A DNA stretch of 64,000 nucleotides, taken from the NCBI GenBank assembly GCA_021613535.1, contig CP075497.1, positions 8,122,001 to 8,186,000 of the forward strand. Reading direction: 5' to 3'. Position 1 is the first letter of the stretch; each line of letters starts with the position of its first letter. The translations under genes and the position numbers were made by a program. The notes under the pieces are model-generated. The model was not told the origin of the DNA and did not search any database. It saw only the letters and a list, made by a program, of their open reading frames with translations. The DNA comes from Adineta vaga (Eukaryota > Animalia > Rotifera). Shown here in pieces: positions 15,701-27,400 of the stretch.

Positions 15701-18700
15701 TTATATTGGAGAAACAATTTCTCGTTGTCGACGAACTAGATTCTACAAAAGAAAAACAAATGAATTGATCATTGCAAAGAAAAAAGTAGAATAGAATATT
15801 CAAACCTCTTTAATACTTGATAATTGTTGTAAGATTTGTTCTTGTTTCGTTGCTGGTCTACTATATTGTGTTGGTTGGGCAGCAGGATATTGTCGATTAG
15901 TATTATCCAAATCTCGCGATGGATAATTTGTATTTGTCTAAAATAGTATGTACATATTAATGATTTTAGATTAGAAAAAGAATTGTTTATGACTTACGTC
16001 TGCTACTGATTGATAAGATGTTGGTTCTACTGGTTGTGAATATGTTTTTGTAGGTTCAGATACTTCATCTGTTCGAGTATATGACTCATAATTATCATAT
16101 CTTTCTAATGATGATGGATGATTTGATGTATATTGATCATCTGTTTTAGCATGGCTCGTTCGAGGATATCTTGTTCCATACACATCGTTTTGCTGTTGTT
16201 GTTGTTGCTTATGTTGCCCTTTAAGTAAATTCATAATAGTTTCATCTTTATGATTTCCATTAGTTGCTGTTTTCGGTATATTTGAACGTGTAACATGTTT
16301 TTTTTCAATTTCACTATCACTATTCCAACGATTATAACATGTTTTCTTTTGTACATCATCGATATAATCATAATTTCCTAATTCAAGATGTTTAAGACGT
16401 TGTCGTTTTTCATAATGTGGATCACGTTTAGAATTTGGAACATATTCAGCACGTTTTTGTTGATTATAATTCCATAATGGACGATTATGAGTATCAACTG
16501 GACCATGATTAGCACGTTGAGTATTTATTTGAGATGTTGTACCAGCATTATGTGCATTCGATGTATGTCGTGATGGTTGATTATCATCGAGAGAACGCAT
16601 ACGAGTTGCTTTTTTACCTGGATAATGAGAACTATTTCGATAAACTCCATTACGTTGATGATTAGGAGCTTGAGGAGGTAAATCTGAATCTTCATAAGCA
16701 TGATTAGGGCCTCGTCGATTGGGTGGTAAACGATAATCATTATGACCATCATGATCACTAGAAGAATAATATAAATGATTTTGAAAAAAAAAAGATTTGA
16801 TATAAATTGAAAGAATATGATTCTAACCTTCGAAATGTAGCATCAACTGTATTTACAGCTTCATCTCGACGAGCATCACCTGATCGATAAGGCTGTTGTC
16901 GATCGAAACCAACATGTAAATGTGATGGTTCACTTTTGCCATTTGTTATTTGTGTAGATGGTGCGTCATAAGTTGGACCAAATAGATTTTCGCCTGTTCT
17001 ATGATTTGCTGTCGAACTGGTGGATTTGACATCTACAAAAGAGAAAAAGAAGATGAAACTATTGTTTAAACAAAAAAGTGAAAGATTCAATACCGTTATA
17101 TTTCGAATTGAATTTATTTGAATCTTGATCATTATAATGTGTTGATGAAACTTCAGATGGTGCATGTCGATTTGCAGCTTCTTGCACAAGTGGATGCATA
17201 TTGTCACGTAGAAAATCTTGTCGACGTTCCGATTCATGTTGTGAATATTTTTTACGTTTATTTTCTTCGATTTGTTTATGTAATTCATCCAACCATTGAC
17301 GACGTTCCAGTTCTTTAGTTGTTTCTACATCTTCCTGATGACGACCATTTCCAAATGCTATATTTGTTCGCATTGCAGCTGGTACACGTACTCGATCTGT
17401 GGGAGGGATTACTGATGATGAATTCTCATATGCTTGTGGTGGTGAACGATGAAGTGGAGGAACATTTGTTATTGGTTGCTAGAAAAGATAAATTGAATAT
17501 AAGAAATTGAATTAAAAAGATATTGAAAGAGACAAACAGATATTCGTGGTTGATTTTCATGTTGTTTAGGTGCACCAGCACCTGGACGTCCAAATGGATC
17601 CCAGTATGCTTGTTTGTCCGCTAGGAAAAAGAAAGCTTTTTGAATTTTAAACGATGTTTAATTCAAAATATACAGTTTTCTTGTTTCCATTGCAGTTGTT
17701 TCTTTTCTATTAATCGTGTTTTGAATGGATCTTGATTTAATTCTAAAAGAAATAGATATGAGATAATGATTAGTTTTAATATGCATCTTACCTTCGTTAT
17801 TTCTAGTTGACATATCTTGTTGATGACCATTTTGTTTTAAAGATGAAGGAAGTAGTGGTGCAGCTGGAGGTTTATTTGTTGGTGGTGGAAAATCATATTG
17901 AAATGTTGATCGTTCTAAAACAGACGGGAAAGAGATAATATAAAACTTCATTGCTTCATTTTATTGAATCATACGAGGTGATGTTGGATTCTTTTTATGA
18001 CGTGGTGATAATTGATGTTTAAGTTGATCATATTCAATTTCAAGTTGCATTCGTTCAATTTCCGCTATAGTAGTAAAAAAAAGTCGCAGTTTAATGAAAA
18101 TTAATTTCGAAAATAGAAATACCTTTTTCTTTCATCCATTTTTCACGTTTTTTATTTGCCATTTTACCTAATGCTTCATCTCGTGGTGTTGTTTGTGATG
18201 CTGGTAATTGTGGTGGTTCTAATACTAAATCTAAATTCGGAACAGCAGGTGCACTAGTTGGTTCACTGTGATATCGTGATGGTGATGATGCTAAACATAC
18301 AATAAACATTTAGAAAAACAACAAACCCCGAGCTCCAATGCAAACAGTTAACATACCCTTGGTATCTGAATTAGTATTTGGTTCACCTAGAAAAATAAAT
18401 AAATGTTATATGATTAAAAATGTTTTGTCTTCGTGTTTCTACTTTTAGAGTTTTCTTTAACAGCATTAACAAGATCAGCTATTTCGTCCATAGTCATATA
18501 GACTCCTAATGATGAGTCATCTTCATTAACTCGTTTTTTATTTGTTGACTGTTCATTTTTAATTGGTTGTCTTTTAGTTTCGGGATATTTCTGATTATTC
18601 GATTTATTTCTTTGTTCTAACTGACGATTAGTAGGAGCTATTGTTCGACTATTTCGTTTTGATCTCGTTTTTGTCGACGAATCATCTATGAATATATTAT

Positions 18701-18881
18701 ATTAATAATGAAAATAATAATAGAAAATATTGCTTAACGAACCGATTAAATCGTAAAATATTTGAGGTTTTCCATTAACAATCTGAGTACGAAAATTCAT
18801 TTTATCAGTTTCTAATTATATGAAAAACAAAATAGGTTATATCATAAGAATAGATTCGATTTTACCTGTAATAGCAGCCAT
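15701..18881 (-). CDS. CCDC66: CCDC66-like ciliary/centrosomal coiled-coil protein
   Basis: N-terminal KMNFRTQIVNGKPQI, WDPFGRPGAGAP motif, ERRQWLDELHKQIEENKRKK coiled coil, C-terminal QEQILQQLSSIKENLVRRQREI; resemble CCDC66/CSPP1 family segments from memory. Confidence 0.65.
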
Positions 18882-19059
18882 TTAATCGATCTTATAAACG
18901 AGTTTACCAAGGCTTCATAAATCTAAAAAATATTCCTATGTTTTCAATTAAGTGAATTCCAATGTCGTTTTTTTAAGTAGTATAGTAAAATTCTTTTTTT
19001 TTCTTTGTTTGTATTTTCAAAACAGTTTCATTCATCCATGAGCACCAATCACGGGCAAC

Positions 19060-19072
19060 GTTGCTTAACAAC
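19060..19072. promoter_or_regulatory. RFX X-box-like element GTTGCTTAACAAC
   Basis: Imperfect GTT..AAC palindrome between divergent ciliary genes, directly preceded by a GGCAAC half-site. Confidence 0.55.
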
Positions 19073-19200
19073 AGCCTTCCTTTTCTTTTTTATCAATTCA
19101 TTTGATTATAATCAGAGATTTTATTATTTTATTCTAAAATTTACAGGTAGATCATCGAAAATCATCAGAATCTTTCGATATAAAATCAAAGAATCTCATG

Positions 19201-19213
19201 GTTGCTAAGCAAC
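19201..19213. promoter_or_regulatory. RFX X-box GTTGCTAAGCAAC
   Basis: Near-perfect 13-bp palindromic X-box 76 nt upstream of the LRRC51 ATG. Confidence 0.7.
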
Positions 19214-19288
19214 ACTCTATATTAGCTCAATAAGCATGATCATATGTCAGTTTTTGTAAATTCTATTTTTTTTGTCTAGCGAACAATC

Positions 19289-20123
19289 ATGGCTTCAACT
19301 ATGAATTCGAAAAGAGTTGTTCCACCGTCAGAGAAGCGTATTGATAACCATGCGCAATCATATCCACCGTTGGATTATTCATTTCATAATGCACAACATC
19401 TTGAAGGTAGATTTATAGAATCTATTTGCTTCTTTATATTGTTAGTTATCTTGTATAGACGCTGTTGTTGAACCACGTATGTTATCGAATGGACCGAAAC
19501 TACTCAAAGAAGGTGACCGATATCATTCCTACGGTATTAATTTAAATCATAATGCCTTACATGGCCCTTTGGAAACATTTCCAGAATTTGTACGATCAAT
19601 TTTGGTTAATCCAAATGCTCTTTCAACATTAGATTTATCATTTAATGTATTTACAGAAATTCCGAGTGTAAGTGCATATGAAAGATTTTCAACACATCGT
19701 CCATGTCTATAAATATATTCCCTGACTCATAAAATATGTAGGAAATAACAGATGTCGTTAAATATATTTTGGTTTTCTCCTATTTGCTGATACTTATAAC
19801 GTGTCATTGATGTGGGTTTTTTCATATAGGTTGTCACACAATTTTCTGCATTAAAATGTTTTTACTTCCATAAGAATATGGTTAGTGATATGACCGAAGT
19901 ACAAAAATTAGCACCATTAAAACAATTAAAATATTTAACATTACATGGAAATCCAATCGAAATAACAGTGCCTTTTTTACGTTCTTATGCTTTATGTTTA
20001 TTACCCGGTTTACGTAGTTTAAATTGTACGCCTGTAACAAAAGGCGATCGAAAAACAAGTGAAGTGTGGGGCGGAATGAATAAAAATTTACTTCCAAGAT
20101 ATACAAATAAAAATTTGAAATAA
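19289..20123 (+). CDS. LRRC51: Leucine-rich repeat protein 51 (LRRC51)
   Basis: PPLDYSF, LNHNAL, LDLSFNVFTEI, FYFHKN, LTLHGNPIE..RSYALCLLPGLRSL..VTKGDR; three exons. Confidence 0.85.
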
Positions 20124-20161
20124 TCACTATTGAGCTTCTTTTTTTTAGATTAAAATATTTC

Positions 20162-20664
20162 ATGGCCACTTCTAATTCTAGTGCTGGTGCTAGTGCTAGT
20201 ACCAGTGCATCGGCACCCTCTAGTCGACAAACTATACAACTTCAAAAGAATTTGGAATCGTTAAAAAATAATCCATTACCATTTGTCCGAGATTTAGAGT
20301 TACGAGCAGGTGAGGCTGGTAATGAGATGACAGGTACAATGATCGGTCCAGAAAACACTCCTTATGCTGGTCGTGATCTCGAGTTCATTATCAAATTTGT
20401 ACCCGAATATCCATTCAAACAACCACTGGTCCACTTTCTAACTGCTATAAGTCATCCAAATGTTAGTAAAAAGGATGGCTTTGCATGTCATGATCAAATG
20501 ATGTCTCAATGGAAACCACTCTCTTTCAGAAGTATTAACTAACATATATTCATTATTAGAAAAACCAAATTACGATGTACCCGTTCAAGACAATATACTT
20601 GTTAAAAACGAGTCTACAAATAGCTCGTGAATGGACTCACTCACATGCTTTCCCAGAACAATAA
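20162..20664 (+). pseudogene. Intronless ubiquitin-conjugating enzyme E2 with two frameshifts
   Basis: GPENTPY, EYPFKQP, HPNV..G..C, WKP; E2 similarity continues in other frames (LSEVLTNIYSLLEKPNYDVP; IAREWTHSHA) with no intron at the breaks (~20520, ~20618). Confidence 0.75.
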
Positions 20665-20965
20665 ACGAAAAATTCGTATAGTTTTATATGGAGGTTAACG
20701 GTGACTCATTTTCGTAGATACGTTTTCTATAATAATTATGTGTTCTTTCTGTGATTAGAATTCATTCAATCACTCTCTATTATTCGTGTGAGACCTAGTT
20801 GAAATGTTGTACGTTTTCATATCATTTTTTTCCTTCCTTATAAGAAACGATAACGTTTTTGCAATGTGGAATTATTATTAATCAATAAAATAAGCTAAAG
20901 ATTTGCCTCAATAGATCAATCGTTCTTTCACCAAATATGTTTTCATTCACTTCTTTTTGGTACAG

Positions 20966-21340
20966 ATGCAAGGAATGGATGATATTTATGATGACAAAAG
21001 TGTATCGGATATATTGAAGAATTTGAATACAAATTATTCAACTGAATTAGCAGAATTAGTTGAAATGACATTCGGTTCTAAACCAGAACCTGAACTTCAA
21101 CGACTTTCAACAGCTGAAATGATTGCAATTGGATCATTTGGTTTTCGTCTATTGTGTCATTATCATCGATGGGAAACAGCAGAAAAAAACGATCGAATGT
21201 TTCATGAACATACAGATGAAACAACTCGCATTTTTACAATTCCATTTCCAACACAACCTCGATCTCGAGAGGAACTTTTAACTGTCATTGAGGAGATGAT
21301 CAAAGATGCGAAAGCAAGTTATTTGAAAGGTTTTGACTAA
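20966..21340 (+). CDS. Uncharacterised intronless 124 aa acidic protein
   Basis: Clean ORF of globular composition; ATG immediately after a pyrimidine tract/acceptor (tttttggtacag|ATG). Confidence 0.6.
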   Translation: MQGMDDIYDDKSVSDILKNLNTNYSTELAELVEMTFGSKPEPELQRLSTAEMIAIGSFGFRLLCHYHRWETAEKNDRMFHEHTDETTRIFTIPFPTQPRSREELLTVIEEMIKDAKASYLKGFD

Positions 21341-21463
21341 TTCCATCGAAATATAAAGATAGAGTAACAATTCAAATGATTAAGATTCATTGATTAGAAA
21401 TTATTTTTATTGATTTAAAATTAAAATTAAAATGAAGCTTACTAGAATAAAAAGACAATTTTT

Positions 21464-24400
21464 CTAATCATTGGATTTTGATACAATAGTCATACTAAGT
21501 TTAAGATGTTTCTTCTGTAAATTATCTTTAATTTTATTGATGACTGTAATTGTTGATAAATCTCGATTATCTGCATAATAAACTCGATAAATGAAGTAAT
21601 TTGATGAATGTTGAAGAAGATATTCAACTTCACTAATCGATACTAAAAATGTATTTTGATCAGAGGTACGAGTGGTTTTTACTTCAATATATTCGATCCG
21701 ATCGTTATCTGATCTGATAATTATACGAATATCATATGGTGCACCGGATTCAGTTGTTTCATTTAACCATTCGATACTTTCTTTTGGATATTTCCATTTC
21801 AAATAATTAAAAACAAATTCTTCACCTTGACGACCAGTGAGTATATCAGCTTCATTACCAATAGGATGACAAGGAATAGTGATCGATGAGTCGTTTGTCA
21901 ATAATGATGATGATGATGATGATTCGAAAAGATCAATAAGATTGGAAACATTAATACGTTCAAAGTTAGCGGCTGGTAATAAAACAGGATCCGAAAAGAC
22001 GATGGGAGCATGTGGTTGAAGAAAACGATCTTCAGATAATGTTTTATTGTCATCATTTGATTCTGATTGATTCTGATCTATTAAAATTGATAAAATCAAA
22101 TTAAATAAATAGAAATATCAAATTTCGAATCGAATTAATGTTATATAACTTACCATTTAAATGTTTGTTATTATTTGTCTTCCTAGTTCGATGTTCATGA
22201 TCTTCAGATATTTGTGAATCGTGCTCATTCATGTGTAATGTTGATACATGCTTTTCTACTATGAAATTATCCGATTTCGATTTTGATTGTATTTTAGAAG
22301 TTGATTTTGCTGGGGAAGGTTCATCTGATTCAATTACACTTGCTCTCAAAGGAAAACTAGTTAATCGATTAGCATCTTCTTCATTTGGCACTTCTTTTGG
22401 ACGAGGTTTTGGACGACGAGTAGGTTCATTACTCAATTGTTCAATTTGTTCATTAGTAATCACAGGTTTCTCAATCACTTTCGTTTCTTTTTCTTCTTTT
22501 GGCAACACAGATGGAACATTTTTCTTCGCTATCTCTGAAATAAACCATTTTGGTTCATAATTTCCTTTCAAACTTTCACGTAATTGATCTAAACCATGTT
22601 CAACATTATTCTGATATATTTGCACAAGTTTTCGAATATATGTTAAAAGTTTTGATCGAGCCGTTTCATTTTCCACAATGAAATCAACCATAGCATCGAT
22701 ATATCGCATCTCGGAATTTTCATACTTTTTTAATATATAGAATTTACACGATTTACGATCGACATATGTATCGATATTATATGAAGTCGGAGGTGTTTTA
22801 ATAATATTAGAACCGTAGCAATATGAAAGTTGGATATGATCAACACATAAGAATTGCATACGAGCAAATATTGTTGAAAGATCAGTAGATCGAGTATCGG
22901 ATATCAACGAATGATCTAGTAGAAAATGTTGAATAAGATCAATTGAATGACGATAAAAGTCCGATAGATTTGTTGATAGTTGTTCATTTTCGACATGAAC
23001 TTTTGTTTGAATGATATCATCGAGATCTTCGATATTAAATAGTATACAAAAATTCTTTTTAAACTCATTTACAATATCAAAACCTGAAATATGAATAATA
23101 ACAAACGAAAACTTAAATATCATATGTGTCTTACTAGGTAGTTTAATAATTGATAATATATCAACAAATAGATTTACAATATTGGTATCATGTGGATAGA
23201 ATGGATGATCAGTGTATTTCATTAATTTTTGATTTTCATTCATACACGGAATAAATGAAAGATTGAGTAATTTTTCTATATTGAAAACAAATGTTTTGCA
23301 AAACGTTAAAACAATCAACAAATTTTCTATACCTCGAATTTCTTCATGTTTATCTTGTTTTATAGTTAATTCTGTAATTATTTCAATAATTTGCCAGATT
23401 TTATCATAATCTTGAATAATTGATAACAAGGGTATATAATCATCAATAGCTGGTTGAAATTCAACACCAAATATGTCAAGAAAGAATGATTGCAAACTTG
23501 GATTGTTATTATTATGACGATAATAGGATTGAAGGGAAATTCGATCGCTTGAAGATATTTTAGTATCTTGTGACGATAGAAGTGAAAGTGGATCATTCCA
23601 AAATGTTTGATGAGCAAATAAGAAATCGCCGGTATTTTGATTACGTGGAATAAATATAAGTGGCCAGAGACGAAATTGATACATAAGATGGCGAGTTTCA
23701 TCATTTGATGCAAGATATTGATAGATTAGATGGAAATTATCAATTGTATCCAAACAACTTTGTCGAAATGTATTGGGGAGAGTACAAGGAATACTAAAGT
23801 AGAATAAAATCGATGATAGATTATTATATTGCATAAGATAGTTTTTCTATACACTTTATTTTGTTCATGAACTTACGCGTCAGATGTATTTGTTTGATTG
23901 ACTAAATTCCACAATGTTTCCATATCTAAATCACACGCCCATTTCATCAATAATTCAAACATAGTTCGATGTGAAACATATCGTTTGATGCCAAGTATAT
24001 TACTAATGAAATCTGTGTTGTTTAATGATACTTTTGATTCATCTAAATGTGGTACATATCGTCGAAAAGCAGATGTTTGATTATCGGATGATAATAAATA
24101 AACATCATTCGGTTTAAATAATTTACCACCAACAACAGGAATCCAAGCATGTTGTCGAACTGAAAGACAAAATGAAGATTCAACACCTGATATTGGTGTT
24201 GGATTATGTTTGTATGTATAAGCTAAGCATACTGAAGCTGAATAATATAATGCAGTATGCTGATATTGATTATTTAGGTATTGAAGTAATTGTCCACATA
24301 AATCAAGATCATCGATGTTATTCTCATCGAGTGTTGATATAAGTTTATCAAATTCTTGACATGAGCAATCTTTGATTATAAATGGTTCATCAATTTGTTC

Positions 24401-27400
24401 AGATAATCGAGAAATTGAATATACCCATTTAGTAGTAGCAAGTTCCGAGACTTTAACAAAATCTAATGAGAGACAAAAATAACTTCTAGTAAATCATCAA
24501 TCTATACCAATCTTACATTCGTCTTTGAAATTCATTTGAAGAAAATCGCTCATATTTAGTTCTTTGAGAAATGAAACGAAACTACGCATGTCGTTCTCTG
24601 TACGTAATAATTGAGTGTGATATTCTGTATAATAATCATCGGAAATGAATATAAATTGATATTTTGGTAATTTCAAAGATTCCAATGACTTTCGACAACC
24701 ATATTTCGATGTTAAATGAACAATAACATCTGATGAACCCAATGAAACAAATGTATTACCACGTGTTTTAATAATTATATTATTCTGCATTGTTTTTAAT
24801 TCATTTTCAAAATTTTTTTCTCGCTGTTCTAAATAGATATATTCATAAATACACATAAGATAAGCCATCAATACTGAATCCGATTTTGACGACCAACGAC
24901 TTGAATCGGACATGATGGGTAACATTTGTTGACGATATATCTCACGGATATTATGTCCTTCAGTAATACCTAGAACATTTAAGAGAAAAGAAATAGATGA
25001 TGATGATGAAAAATGTCGATTATTTACCAAGTTTTCGAAGAAGACGTTTAATGGAATCTAGTTGACGTGGATATTTATCTTCAATGATATTCAATAATTG
25101 CTCATCTAACGTTGGCATATCATCAAGAACAAGTTTTAAATGTTTTGAAAATCGAATTGATTTATCCAATGGAAATGAAATAGAATATTTATTAAATTCA
25201 TTCACTGACATTAATCGTGAATGTTGTTTAATAGGAAGAATTTTCATTTGTTTCAGTTTAGTAATCGTGTCTTCTTCATTTTTTTCATTATGATCATGAT
25301 CAAAATAGATTTGTTTACGTTGTTGTTCAAGGCTATAATCAAGACATACAAGCCATTGTGCAACTGAAAGAAGAAGAAAAAAAATCAAGAATAATTAGTG
25401 TTTTATTTTGTATTAATGAAAAAAGAAAAAAAAAATATATACTTTGTTCAATAGATGAGGTTGTTTTTGGTCGTTCTTGTTCATTTTGTTGATATGATAT
25501 TTCAATAAGTCGTGTAATCGGCAAAATCAAGTTGACGACAACCTAATTTTAGAAGAATTTGTTCGTCACATTCGAGAACTAATTGTTCATGAACATAATA
25601 ACTATTAAAATGAGCAATAAGTAAATCTTGTGAGAGAATCTTTCGAATATGTGGATCTCGTATAATCATACATTTCGATGGTGAAACCCAATCAATGATA
25701 CTTTCCTCTTTTTCATTTTGTCGAACAATTGGTAATTCAATGATTCCCGTTAATAATTGGATACTTTCATCAACAAATGCATTGAAATAAGAATCAAGTT
25801 CATTTCGTGATGGAATCAATTTAAGAAAATATTTAATTGCATGTATTGGTGTTAAATGATTGGTAATGTGTGTATCGATTGATGATGAAACGAGTAAATC
25901 AGGTAAACGTTTAAATTGAAGATAAGCTAAAGAAAGAAGACAAGTCATTTCAGTTTTTAACCACTCATTCCATAGATTATCACGACGTATTTCTTGACGA
26001 GTCGCTGGAATTTCAAAATCTGCTTGAAGAATAAATCGAAAGCCATAGGAACGAAGTGGTAGATATGCAAAGAGAGGTTGTGTTGGTAGAGGTTGATTTG
26101 AAGATTCTTGAATTTTATTCAAAGGATAAGCAACAGCAATCGTTGTTGAATCAACTTCACCTTTAATATCACGTAATTTTTCCTAAAATTTATATAGAAG
26201 AATTTTATAATCAGTTAATTTATTAGAGGAAATTGTGATTACTTTGATATGTGTTGGTACATCAATTACTTTTTTAACGACTAACCAGAAATTATTAATA
26301 ACAGATTCATTCGTCATTTTTTCTTGTAATTCAATAATCTGTCCTTGAGCATGATCGATTCTAGTAAAGACTCGAGTAATTGAACCCGATTGTTCATTAA
26401 TAATTTCAATTTGTCGTAAACGATTAAGAAAAAGTAAAAGTTTTGCTTGAATATCTTTAAAGTTTCGTTCTAATCGATCATGTCGTGTTTCTTGTTTCAA
26501 TGGTAAACGAATGCATGTGGTCCATTCATCAGAATTAGGTAATATTTCTTCATATTGATCTAACCATATTGGTCGAATATAACCAATCTGTTTCGTACCA
26601 TTTATCGTATCAAAACGTATATGATAATTTCGAGAATGAATTTCAGGTCGATGTGAGATCATAAAAACGGATTTAAATCCAATACCTTTATGACCAGCAT
26701 AACCTTGTTTATGTTTTCCTTTTGTTGAAGCACCAACATTACAAATAGCTGAAATATTACTTGCTTGAAAACCAATTTCATTGTTACAGACAAGAATTCG
26801 TTCTTTAGCAAGAATAAATCGTAAAGTTGGTAAACATTCAGATGAATATTGATTATCATCTGCATTTTGAATGAGTTCAAGAACGAAATGTCCTTGATCA
26901 GAATAGAGATCTGTAGATAATTTTTCTAAACTTCGTTCAATCATTCCTTGAAGATTACTAACTATTGATTGACCAGTTGAATCAAGTGTACTATCAACAC
27001 CAAAACCACGACGTATAGATTCAATATGTTCGAATGCAGCTTTTGATGAATTCTTTTCATCATCTGTATAATTTATAATTGGAATCACGGAAAGACTAGT
27101 AGATTCTTCAACTTTTGAAACAATAGGAGACACACCATGAATGATTGATGATTCGATGGAATGATCTATGATAAAAAGTAAGTAAATAGAAATCGTTTGA
27201 GATGAGTATAGACAAGAAAATATCTTCTTTTACTTCTGTTGATGTTATCTTTTTGTAATAATGTATCGGTTATCTTAACTTCAAATTGCTCCTCTAATTC
27301 GACTTGATTTAACCATTTCTCTTCATTTTTCCATTCGACAATATTAATCATATAACCGAATAATTCTAATTTGGTTCTCTGTTGCATATTAGCTAGATTC

